From Felis catus (Eukaryota): DNA of 64,000 nt. The notes below the pieces were generated by a model that was not told the DNA's origin, made no database searches, and saw nothing but the letters and a program-made list of their open reading frames with translations. Positions 30,642 through 42,400 of the stretch are shown here, piece after piece. The DNA lies in contig NC_058375.1 in the NCBI RefSeq assembly GCF_018350175.1, positions 203,050,001-203,114,000 on the forward strand, written 5' to 3'. Made by a program: the position numbers and the translations under genes. How positions within the stretch are numbered: position 1 is the stretch's first letter; each line of letters opens with the position of its first letter.

Positions 30642-33600
30642 CTACACCTGTGGAGAGAAAAGGGTTAGTAGTGGATATAGTCTTTAGCTAGCTGCTGACC
30701 CAAATAAAGCCTAGAGATAAAGGAAAAGGAAAGCTTGATTCCCTCAGAAATTGATTTCAGAGTAGGTGAGGGAAGAAAACGGGAGTGTATGTTGGAGGGG
30801 AGAAGCAGCATCTCTGTACGAGAGGGCTGCCTTCTCTCACATGGGACTTGGACCTCAGCCTGGAAGTTACTACTTCTGGTAGTTGTTCTCGGGTCCTGGA
30901 GCCCTTACCTTGTGCACCTGTGGGGGAAGCTCGTCCTCCGAGCCCTCCTCGGGCACAGGCTCTGGGTGCCTTGATGCTGACTGTCCATCTTCAGCCCACC
31001 CTCCAAGGGGCAGCCGAGAGAAGTGAGAGGGAGCCCGGGGTACTGTGCCAGGATCTAGAGACAAAAGTAAACATACCCTTAGAATTAACCCAAACAGAAA
31101 TGTGGAGAAAGGTTCTATGCGGGGTGGAGGTGAGGGTTAGTCTCTTTGGGCCTGATTGCTCTGACCTCTTTCCTCCCCAAGAGGCTTCGGAAAGAGCCAC
31201 CCTTCCCCCAAGGCTCTGTGATCTCCTGAACCGCCATTGGATACCTGTGATGCCCCCGTAACGCCTCTGGAAGCCCCCCTGCAGGGCGGTGGTCTCAGGT
31301 GCTCCAGGCCGGGGTGTAGCACAGGGATAGCTGGCAGAGCGGGGGATAGGCTGGGGGGCCCGGGAGCCCTCTCCCCCCTCTTCAGGGGCACTCTCCCCAC
31401 TCTCATCGCTCTCCCGGCGGTGCCACACGTGCCGCTCGGGTTCGGCCTGGGCCTGCTGCTTGTGGAGCTGAAAAGTGGGGGGGCTCATTAGTTGGGGACA
31501 GGATGTCTGAAACAGCTGCCCCCCACCATGGTATCCCCCAGTTCCCATTTTTACCACCCCACCCAGAATCACTAACCCAGAGTAACCATCATGTTAACAG
31601 TGTGTTACCACACATATGACATCTTACAGGTTAAATTCTCCGCAGGTCCCTGGAACAAATCTGTGTGTAATGTAAGAGCTGTAATGACCCTCACTTTGTG
31701 TAGTCATGTAAGTGAAGAACAGATGGGTTGCGCATCTAAGTGCCAGGCACTTTTTTAGGTGCTGGGACTACAGCGGTGAACAAAATAGACAAAAATCCCA
31801 GCCCTGTATGGCTTATATACTGGGGGATGGGGTGGGGTTATAGACAATAAAATAAAGAGGGGGAAAAATACAATATGTCAGATAGAAGCTATGGAGAAAA
31901 ACAGAGCAGGAAGATTTAGGAGGGTGGCCAAGGGAGGCTTTTAGTCAGGGTGGCCAGAAATGGTCTCACAGAGGAGGTAAGAACAGATACGTGAATAAAG
32001 AGAACGGGGGAGCCATACGCATATCTCAGGGAAGTGGATTCTTGGCAAGGGAAACAAACGGGTAAAGGCGCTGGATGAAAGTAAGCCTGGCTAAAAAGGA
32101 TAGTAAAAGGGTATATGCGGGAATGGAGATTACAGAGTGGGTAAAAGGCAGAGAAGGGTTCTGAGCCCAGGTCTTGCTTTTCCACACCCCAAACCCTCTC
32201 TTTTTCAGCGGCCACCTGGATCCCATGGCTCNNNNNNNNNNNNNNNNNNNNNNNNNNNNNNNNNNNNNNNNNNNNNNNNNNNNNNNNNNNNNNNNNNNNN
32301 NNNNNNNNNNNNNNNNNNNNNNNNNNNNNNNNNNNNNNNNNNNNNNNNNNNNNNNNNNNNNNNNNNNNNNNNNNNNNNNNNNNNNNNGACAGACAGCAGC
32401 CGTCAACATTTCTGACCCACAGAAGTTGCTGGCGTCTATTCCCAAGTCCTCCCATCGCGGCCCACCTCTACTCACCCAGAGCCTGTCATGGTGCTGGGGG
32501 CTCGGCCCGTGGGGACCTGACCCGGGTGCAGAGGGGAGAAGGAGCGCAGGGCAGAGGCGACCTCAGCCCTGTGCCTGGAGCCTTGAAGGTCTCTGGGCAG
32601 GGGGGGGCCCCGGCAGGAGGAGCCGGCTACCACATTTGCAATAAGGCTCAGTGGCTGTGAAAGAAAATGGGTGGGTAGACTTCCCAGGGCAGGAGGGAGG
32701 CTGCGGGGTCCCCCAGTATCCCGGGTGTCAGGACTCAGTGGAATAGACTTAACAGACAGAAGGAAACCAATAGGGTAGGTAGGCCCTTCCACCCCACGTC
32801 CAGTCCTCAACTCCCAGCACCTGGAGCACACGCTGCCCATCACCGCCCAGGCCCCAGGAACACACCTCAGACTCAGATTGTAAGGACTGGATGGACGTAA
32901 AGAGAGCATTTTCAGGGAGCAGACCCCCTTGGGCAAGGCCAGCTGCTGCTCCGTCCCGCTGAACCTGCTCTTTGAGGAAGCCGAGGAAGGCCGTGCTCTC
33001 ACGTGGTGGCTGCCAGCCGGGGTTGGTGATGGCAAAGTGCATGAGGGACAACTCTGTCTTCCCATCCTCAGCTTGCTGGTACACTGAGGCCTCTGTCTGC
33101 CCACCGGACAGCCACTGCACAAGGGAGGCTACAGTGAGCAGGACTGTCCTCTGACAGGAACCCTTTTTGTACCTTTCCTGCTAGAGGGGAGGCTGTGCCC
33201 CTGGAGGACGGACCACAACGCGCTGCTGTATCTTGTCCAGGGGCCCCGGTGCCCCACCCCAGGAGTAGTCGTCGCGTGCTGGACTAGTTGCTCGGTTTGT
33301 GCCTTTCTCAAGGGAACGTGGCCAAAGGTGCAAGTTGAAGGCTAAAATCCAGCCCTAGCTCCGGTTTACCAAGCAGTGTGCGCCCTGGCACGTGGCTGCC
33401 CAGAGGCAGGGCTGCCTTTTTGTGGTGATTCGTTGGCTCAGTTTGCCCAAAGACAATGCCGGCATCGCCTCTGGCCACCTGCCCGTCCTCTCCCGGTACC
33501 TGGGGATGCCCATGCTGGCGAACATCCATCTGAGCAAAGGAGCAGGTATCTCCAACACCAACGACCTCTACGGTGAAATTGCGGAAGAAGTCTATAATCT

Positions 33601-36600
33601 CCAGGGCCCGTGGACGCAGGCAGAAGATGAGGATCAGGGGTGTGACAATGGGGCTCAGTAATTCCTCCAAGATGAACACCTAAAAGGGAGGGGACCCAGA
33701 TCATAAGAGAGGAGGAGGGATCCCAACCCTTACCACNNNNNNNNNNNNNNNNNNNNNNNNNNNNNNNNNNNNNNNNNNNNNNNNNNNNNNNNNNNNNNNN
33801 NNNNNNNNNNNNNNNNNNNNNNNNNNNNNNNNNNNNNNNNNNNNNNNNNNNNNNNNNNNNNNNNNNNNNNNNNNNNNNNNNNNNNNNNNNNNNNNNNNNN
33901 NNNNNNNNNNNNNNNNNNNNNNNNNNNNNNNNNNNNNNNNNNNNNNNNNNNNNNNNCCGTGAGAGGCAAGCCTTTCCCAGGAACGCTAGCCTGCTTGCTC
34001 CCGCCTGCTGCCCCTGGCCCACCTGCACACGGTCACGGTGACCCCCAGGAGTGTGACGGTGGTGAGGACGTGTTCCACAGCCAGCACATCTTCGTCGTAG
34101 ATGGTGAGGGCAATAAGCACGGCCAGGATGGAGCCAGCGAAGAAGGCGCCGTTCTTGGCCANNNNNNNNNNNNNNNNNNNNNNNNNNNNNNNNNNNNNNN
34201 NNNNNNNNNNNNNNNNNNNNNNNNNNNNNNNNNNNNNNNNNNNNNNNNNNNNNNNNNNNNNNNNNNNNNNNNNNNNNNNNNNNNNNNNNNNNNAGCAACG
34301 TGCTCCCAGGGCCCCGGGCTCCCGCTTCAGCACCTCGGCGTAGCTGAAGAAGGCGTACAGGATCTGCCAGATGAGGATAAGGGGGCACAGCAGGAAGTTG
34401 GCGATGCCGATCCACAGGATGCGGTTGCTGAGGCGCTGGGCCAGCTCTAGCCGTTGCCCCCCACGTTTGTACTCAGCCTTGAGGCTCCATTCATTGAGAA
34501 ACAGAGAGCCGGGTCCCCAGAAGAGGATCAGCTCGAAGTTGTACTTGAGGCCACGGGTGAAGAAGACGGCCTCCCCAAGGCCGGGCAGGCGGAAGCGCAG
34601 AGGCAGGAGGGATTTGTTAACCAGCGCGACCATGTAGTTCTGGAAACGGAGGATGCGATGGTAGATGTCCAGCTCTGTCAGCTCGCGCTTGTGGATGCAG
34701 ATCTGGTGCTCTTTCTGGGTCTGCACGATTCGGGCCTGCACTTCCTGCCACGTGCAGTATGGAAGGGCAGACTGTAGGGTGGGAGAGAGACAAGGCAGGG
34801 AAGGTGGGCTGTTGCCCCGACTCCTTCCCCGCATTAGCCGTGAGGTCCTATGCTTAGCCGCGCGGAGCCTTTAAGCAGACACTCCCTGACCTACCAGTGA
34901 TGGATGAGGATGCCCGAGGCCCAGGAATACACCCCACCCTTCCCTAGCCACAGAAGCCATCTTGGGCTGTGGTGCTAACCGCTCAACTTCCCAGTCTCAC
35001 CATGGGGATACGCAGAGCATGCAGGTAGAAGGAGTGGATCTCCCAGTAGCAGCAAATGTTATAGATGAACTTGATAAGCCGATGGATCCAGAATACAGCA
35101 GCGATGACCAGGATGGTGATAAGGGAGCCATTTTCCTGAATCCTAGTGGGGAGGAAAAAGGAAGGAAGGAGGGGTGGCCCTTGCGGAGTCTTGGGAGACA
35201 CGATGCTATCCTGAAGGATGTGGCGAGGCCGAGTCTGTGTTCTAGGGGATGTGTGACTACCTCACATTCCATTCCATTCCCCACCTGTTAGCAGAACTCT
35301 GCAGCCCTTACCTTGCACTACAGACCTGGGCAGGCAAAAAGGCATCTGGCAGAGTGACCTTGACAGGCTCGGTAGGGTGAAGACTATGGTTCACCATCTT
35401 GTTGGCAAATAGGATGTCATAATCCACACAGCTAACCAGGAAGGTGGTGAAGGCAACCACAAAGAGGAACTGCCTGGGGAGTTGGGAAGAGGGGCCAGAG
35501 TCCAGGAGTCAGAGAAGCACCAGTGAAAACAGTGTGGGGGAAGAGAAGAGTCTGGAAGCAGCAGAAGGAGATTATAGACAACAGCCTCTAGGGACACGCA
35601 GGCGCTGGAGAACTCCCAGGGGGCTCTCCTTACTGCTCAGCCCCAGGGACCTTCTAAGACCCAAACCAGCTACTACTTTTTCCTTTTAGCCTCAGGGCGT
35701 CACACAATCAGCCGGCTTTTCTCACCAGTAGTAATCTCTGCCACCACTTACTAGACTCTCAAAGATCTTCTGATTGTGGTTTCTTCTTCCCAATCCCTGA
35801 TTTCCTTTTGAGATAGTATTTAGAAGCCCTTAGGGGGTTTACAGTCTTTTCTTATGGAAGGAAGGTTTCCCAATCCCATTCCCTTTGGCAAAACCATATG
35901 GCTCCTCCCTTTTAGAAAGCTCTTTGCCTTCTAAAGCTGTTAACCAAAGCAGAACAACAGACTTTTCTTAAGTAAGTGCCAGGCATCTCTAAGACCTCCA
36001 GACTGAACTATGCCCATTCCATTGGAGCTCTAATGAAATGATCAAGTCTGAGTTCTCTTCATGGAAGAGATAGGACTTGGAAAGCATTCCTTAAAGGGGA
36101 GATTGAAAAAAAAAATGAGATTGGAAATTTTGGTGCCACACCCAGTCCCTGAATTCTGAGAGTCTGCAGAGTTTTGAGTCTAGGACTGAGCCGCCTTGGC
36201 AGGAATGGCCAGGGCTGAGCTCAAGGAAAGACTGCCATGTAGTCCTTCACCACATCACCATCCCTTCTTAGACTTACATGAGCTCAAAGATCTCCCCGAT
36301 GAGCATGCAAGTGAAGCCATTCTTCTGGTGTAGATTATAAACGTAGAATTGTCAAGAAAAATGTGGTTGATAGAGACAGCAGTTAAGAGCACAGACTTTG
36401 GTGTCACATACCTGAACTTAACTCCTGGCTCCATGACTTTCAAGCTGTGTGACTTTGGCCAAAATTACTTACCCTCTCTAAACTTTTGTCTGCGGTGGTA
36501 CCTGTCTCATAGATAATAGCACCTGTCTTATAGCACCTGTCTCATAGAACTATTAGATATGAAACAGTATGCGTAAAGTATTTAACACAGAGCTGACACA

Positions 36601-37161
36601 GAATAAGTCAAAAGATATTATTAGAGTTATTAGCGTCCCATCAAAAAGAAAGATCACCTTTAAAGAGGTTCCTTATAAACTGACACCACAAAGTGAAAGG
36701 CATGTAGTTCTTGGTAAACCTGGGGTATCATTATCTATAACAATCGTTATTTCCTCAGCCTCTTTCAGTGTTAAGAAAACTTCCACCTCCCTTCCAGAGA
36801 CTAGAATCAGACCCACCCCAACTTCCCATGAGGGGCCTGGCTTAGGGAGGGGATAAAGTTCCCAGAGCTCCAACACAGAGACACAAAGGATATTCGAGAG
36901 AAGAAGAGGTCAAGGTTTTCGATGTGGTGCCAAGGTGCTGTGGGCATAGGAGCAGAGATGTCAGAGCCTCGAAGGAACATGAGCCTCTTGTTCCCTCCGT
37001 GTTCCTCCACCAACTCTCTCCCCATGCCCTGGCGCCCTTGTTGTTTCCAAGCACTCACATTTACTCCCCTCAGGGACGTGCACCAATAGGTCCTCCTCCC
37101 CAGGGGGCGAATCACTGTAGGAGGCCTCAAGGCGCTGGTATTCGGTGTCAAACTGCGCCAT
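30642..37161 (-). CDS. ATG9A: Autophagy-related protein 9A (lipid scramblase), expected 839 aa, 14 coding exons (two hidden by N)
   Basis: Visible exons 37161-37059, 36937-36894, 36342-36278, 35473-35312, 35142-35001, 34771-34023 (132 N inside), 33679-33500, 33114-32866, 32654-32476, 31467-31245, 31054-30909, 30647-30642 (GTG TAG). Exons of about 154 and 118 nt are inferred inside N runs 33737-33956 and 32232-32387. Starts MAQFDTEYQRLEASY, ends EDELPPQVHKV. Confidence 0.95.
36343..36893 (-). other. ATG9A: U12-type (minor spliceosome) AT-AC intron of ATG9A
   Basis: 5' site CGA|ATATCCTTT, branch-like TTTTCTTGAC (36360-36351), 3' end ...TTCTAC|GTT; the junction restores FFSR-VYNL. Confidence 0.93.
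36390..36610 (+). mobile_element. MIR inside the ATG9A U12 intron
   Basis: 'gttaagagcacagactttgg...tgtgtgactttggccaaaattacttaccctctct...gtaaagtatttaacacagagctgacaca'. Confidence 0.75.
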
Positions 37162-37587
37162 CACCACCGCCCCCTGTCCACTTTGTCCACCTGCCGGTAA
37201 TGAAAAGAGATCCAGGTTCAGACTTTGGTGCTGCTTGTCTCCTGTCCTGCCTAGTAGACCAGAAAGAGTGAGAAAGAATCCTTGGGCTTGGTCTCCACTA
37301 CCAGTCTTCTTGGCTTAAAGGCAGAGGAGTAGTTACCAAAGGAGAGCAGCAAGCTCAGGGCCTGGGAGGTCAGTCATTCCCAGAGCCTCTACTGAGTGTC
37401 TACTGAGGTCTTGCCGGTCTGAAGCCAGGCTCTGCCCCTTTGCTGGAGGGCAGGGGCTGTTTCATCTTCTATTCAGTGGAGATAAGGGGACTTCCCTCTG
37501 CCCTCCAGGAGAAACCCGGGTCTCCCAAGAGACTAGAAGTTCAGAAGCATTTTGTAAACAAAGGTTGAGATAAGCACATGGCCCTAC

Positions 37588-37645
37588 CAGCTCCATGGAC
37601 AGCGTCTGCTCCAATCCAGCCCTTGATGCCCTGGCTCTGCAGCTG
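37588..37645 (-). other. ATG9A: Putative non-coding exon 2 of the ATG9A 5' UTR
   Basis: Acceptor ccttctcctccag| (tandem CAGCAG) and donor CTG|gtaggg, between the promoter and the first coding exon (acceptor at 37190). Inferred, no transcript evidence. Confidence 0.6.
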
Positions 37646-38399
37646 CTGGAGGAGAAGGTGTCAGGCCCCAGAGAGTGGGGATTGGGGACAGAAAGAAACC
37701 CAACCCCCCTGCCCACCCACCTTCAACTAAGAGGAGGCCAAGCATGGGGCAGGGAGGCTGCAGTGGGGAAGAGGCACTACGGCTATGTGCCCTTCCTCTG
37801 GTTGTACTATACAGGGCCACTCATCCAACTCATCCCAAGAAGTGGCTTGTTGAACCTGTAAAGACTGGATCAGTACAGACCTGAGGTCAGGCAGCCCCTC
37901 CAGACTGTTTTTCCATCGCCCCACTTCGGCCTCAGAATATTCTACAGGCCTCTCAGAGTCCTCAAAGCCCCAAATCCAAAACCCAAGAATAGGGTCTTTC
38001 TGAACAGGACCTTTCTGATCACCCCCTTCCCCTGGTTCCCTAGCAGCACCCAGCAGACAGGCATAGTTCCTGGAGAGGAAATCCTGACTGGGTCACTGTA
38101 GACACAGATCCTGGGCAAAGTGTGGGTTCCCTAGGTCCCTGGAGCCAGGCATGTTTAGATAGCACTCACCCAGTCGGTGCAGACCCTGGGGCCCTGGAAC
38201 ACGGCCCAGCCTGGCCCCAGTGGGATTCCCTGGGTTAGTGAGAGCCCTGGGTCAGAAGGAGCTGACCAAGCCCTCAGGGAACTCACCACTGACCAGGTCA
38301 GTGTGGACCCAGGGTCATGGAGCCCCGGCTGGCCGGGCCTGGGCTCAGAGGTTCCTGCGGATGTTGGAAGAATCGAGCCAGTCCGACAGCAGATCGCCC

Positions 38400-39350
38400 C
38401 AGTGGGCTGGGTTGCCTCCCCACACCCAGCAGCCAAGACCCGAGCCCAGTGCGCCCCAGGGTCGCCCGGCGCCAGGCCAAGGGCTCGGCTCCCAACAGCG
38501 GACAACCTCGCGCGCGGCCCCGCCGCCCGCGCGCGCCCCCGTCCGCGCGCCCCCGCCATCAAAACATTCCGGCTGCGCGCCTCCGCCCAGCCCGCGGAGC
38601 CCCTTCCCCCCGTTACCCGCTATGAGCTCACTTAGGGCTCCGCAGGCACCCTCGGTCAGGCCCAACCCGGGCCCCGAGATTCCAGTAACCGATCTCGCGT
38701 TTCACTCCAGGAACCGTGACCCGAGTGATTCCAGGGGCTCGGTCGGCTCCGCTGGGCTCGTCCGGACCCAGAGCGCTAGGCCCGGCGCCTGTCACTCACT
38801 GTCACCCGCAGCCAATCTGACCAATGAGCGTGGGGGGCGGAGGCATGACGGCCAATTCTCGGCTTCGCAGGCGGGACTAAAAGATCGAGGTGGGTCTTGG
38901 ACAGTACAAGGACCAATAGTGCTCCTTATGTGGGGCGGGGCTGAGTTGCGGGCGACGCCATTTGTCCCCTTCGCTGCTCCGTAGTGACGAGATTGTTGTG
39001 ATGTTGCAGAAATCCGGGCTTGGAATTGAAGACGAACGTGCGGCTCGGTTCCCAGGACCTTTAGTGCAGCTGCTGAGGGCGGGGGCTAGTACACGCGGTT
39101 TAGTCATTGCTGGAGTTCATTGCACGGGTAACGAGGAGCGGTCGATTAGGGATTGTAGCTCTATTGGACTCGATTTGGGAGCTGCATGCTCCCCTTTCAC
39201 TCTGTGTGGTCCAGGACTGGGGGTTTGAGAAAACGGGTTGGGGTCACGTATTAACCTGCAGAGCGGACTGCTCGTACCAGAGTGAGGCCCGAAGTGCCTT
39301 GCGGCGTTGGGGAGACCAAGTCAGGTAGGCAGGAGACGGGGCGGTAGGAT
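38400..39350. promoter_or_regulatory. Bidirectional CpG-island promoter ATG9A(-)/ANKZF1(+)
   Basis: CCAAT boxes at 38812, 38821, 38852 and 38913; GC box 38932-38941; YY1-like cgccattt 38956-38963; candidate ATG9A exon-1 donors at 38800 (ACA|gtgagt) and 38632 (TAA|gtgagc). Confidence 0.85.
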
Positions 39351-39443
39351 CTCTCTCTCTCTCTCTCTCTCTCTCTGGGGAGCTCTGTTTCTGTTCCCCG
39401 CTTTCTGCTCCAAGAGCCGCTCCTAAATAATTTCTGTTCAGCT

Positions 39444-42400
39444 ATGTCGCCAGTTTCAGCTGCAGCCCAGGTTCCTACGTTGGTCTCCCTGTTTGACCTC
39501 AACGCGGATGCTCCGGTCCTTCAGGGCCTGAACTTGGTGAGCCACCCTTCTGGGGAGGCTCTGGCCCAAGCTCTGCGGACTTCCTGTCCAGGTATCTGGG
39601 AAGGTTTGGGGAGGACCCATGAGGAACGTGACACGCTCTTTAGAGCTTATTACTCCTCCAGGGAACACGTTCTTATTGATATTCCCCAGTTTAAGAGCCC
39701 TTGTTGACGTCTTTCTATGGATAAAATTTATCTTAGATTCACTCAATTTCTGGGTTGTTTCCAACACAGACGCCTGGATTGTCTCCAAACCAACCTCTTG
39801 CCATTGTTTGTATCAGGTCACGTTTACAAGCACTGCCTGCAAAATCACTTCAGAATTCCTAGATAGAGTTCAAATTTAACTGGATTCCAATTAAATTACT
39901 CGTTCTTGTTGAATATAGAACAAAAAATTTTTAAATGTTTATTTTTGAGAGAGAGAGAGTGAATGGGGGAAGGGCAGAGAGATTGGGAGACAGAGACCCC
40001 CAAGCAGAGGTGGGGCTGGAAGCGCAGAGCCCAAGGCAGGGCTGGAACTCACCAACCATGAGATCATGACCTGAGCCAAAATCAGGAGTCGGATTTTAAC
40101 TGACTGAGCCACCCAGGCGCCCCAATGTAAAACTTTTTTTTTTTTTTTTTTTTTTTTTACAACATTAGTTTGTCTTTGGCTGTTTTTTCTTGAGCATGTT
40201 TTTTTAAAACCGGACTGTAATTGGAAACGTAAAGCTATTTAAAGGGCATTTGAGAAGTGGTTTTTGCAAATATGATTTTAATGTTGCCAAAAATTATTTT
40301 CTACAGGATTCCTCTAGGTAATCCCTTTAGTTAATTTAGTGTTTGATATATATTCACCTTACATACATCTTTTCGGAAACGTATTGTATCAGGTGATTAC
40401 TGTGCCATTTATTTCATTATTACTAGATTATAAATTCTTTGGAGGAAAAGATGCTTTTCTTTTGTATCCCCCTTTGTATATTAGACAGTGAATGTGATTC
40501 CAGGTGCAGATTTGGGCTCCCTTTCCACCTCTAATTACCCTCCCCTTATTTAGGTTCAGGGGAGAGCGCAAGCCCAGAAAGAAAACTCCAGGGTCTGCTG
40601 GATATTTCAGAAAAGTTATTTTGTTCAACTTGTGACCAGACCTTCCACAACCACCAGGAACAGGTAAGGCCAGGTGCAGAGGTAAATGGTGGAAGCAAAA
40701 GTATAATGGTGGGTGAGGAGAGGTAGACGTATGATTTATCTTTAATCAAGGTTCACGTTTTGAGTAAGGCTGTTGGTGTTATCCAACACACTTCCTGGAG
40801 TTCTGTTACTGGTGATGGGTACCATAAAGGGCCAGAGGTGGGCATATTTCCACATTCAGCCTCCCCCTTTGCTTCCTACCAGAGGGAACATTATAAGCTT
40901 GACTGGCATCGGTTTAACCTAAAGCAACGTCTCAAGGACAAGCCTCTCCTGTCTGCCCTGGACTTTGAAAAGCAGAGTTCCACAGGTGATGGCTGGTAGA
41001 CCTGTGTTGAGTAGGACGTGGGGGTGGAGGAAGGCTCTAGTTTAGGAGCCTGTGGAAAGGTCAAAGATGGAACGCCAAACTTGTGCACCTCATGTTTTCA
41101 GGAGATCTTTCCAGCATCTCAGGATCAGAAGACTCAGACTCAGCCAGTGAAGAGGGCTTGCAGATTCTGGATGAGGAGAGGGCAGAGTATGAGAAGCCCA
41201 GCAGAGCCCAAGGCTTCCGCCCCCATCGGGTTCTTTTCCAGAATGCCCGGGGCCAGTTCCTTGATGCCTACCGCTGTGTCCTGGGCCCTCGCCAGGCAAG
41301 TGGCAGCGCAGGTTGTGTGGTCAACTGCAGCCTTTTGGACACTCAGCCTAGATTTCCCCTGAACCCAGTCCATTTCTTACTTTTTTCTCTTTCTTCCTGT
41401 TGCATGTGGGGTCACAATTGACAGCACAGTCTTGGATTGAATTGGCCTGAATCTGGGGTCGGGTATAATGGAGTTAAGTTTGGAAACAGACCAATCTAGG
41501 CTTGAATTGTCATTCTGCCACTTGATCTTGACTACCTCTACAAGCTTCAAATTTCCTGACTTGTAAAATGGAGACAAGCCTCGGGATGGTTATATGAAAT
41601 GAGATAGTGCAGGTGAAACACTTAGCCCTGGCACTTAGTTTCTTACTCTCAGTGAATGCAACAGATAGGTTTGTGCTGTCCCTCTGTCATCCAGGTGTCC
41701 CCAGAAGAAACAGAACTGCTGCTACAGAACCTGCAAAACGGAGGTCCCGGATACTGTGTGGTGCTCATGGCTGCGGCTGGGCACTTTGCTGGTGCCATTT
41801 TTCAGGGGTGAGAGGGTGCTGCGTGGGTGTAAGGATGGAATGGACCCGGTTAGCCTGGGAGTACGGGCCATTTTCCAGTACTGAGTCCGTGTTGTCTACA
41901 GAAGAGACGTGGTGACACACAAGACCTTTCACCGCTACACGGTGCGGGCCAAGCGGGGCACGGCCCAGGGAGTTCGGGATGCCCGGGGTGCGGCTTCTCG
42001 TTCTGCCGGAGCCAACCTGAGGCGCTATAATGAAGCCACGTTATATAAGGTGAGTTAGGCGTCCCAGATCTGGTGGTCTGCTGATCTACTGTTTACCCCT
42101 CTCAACTTGGCAGGTACTCCAAGGGAGGGACTCCCGTATCCTCCCAGTCTTCGTTATTTCTGAGTAGGCGAAGGTAGACTAGGGATGGATCCCCAAGAAC
42201 CTTAGCCTTCTCATTCTTCCTTCCCCTATGTTACCTTCTACTTCCCATCCCTTACACGTCACCTGTGGGCCATTTTTTGGTTGGAGATTTGAAAACAGCA
42301 AGTGAAGATACACTGGCCTGACTTACTCTTTTTTCTAGGATGTTCGTGACCTGCTGGCAGGGCCGGGCTGGGCTAAAGCACTGGGGGAGGCTGGGACAAT

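Noticed and set aside
31055-31244. ATG9A donor GTATCCAA as a second U12 intron
   Set aside because: Lacks the +7/+8 TT of GTATCCTT, and the 3' end has an ordinary polypyrimidine tract with no TCCTTAAC-like branch; treated as U2.
32232-34293. ATG9A pseudogenisation or exon loss at the N runs
   Set aside because: Flanking phases are compatible, the exonic run has exactly the expected length, and the other two are large enough to hold the missing exons.
38155-38984. 254-aa and overlapping ORFs in the ATG9A/ANKZF1 island
   Set aside because: GC-driven chance ORFs on both strands; no protein-like features.
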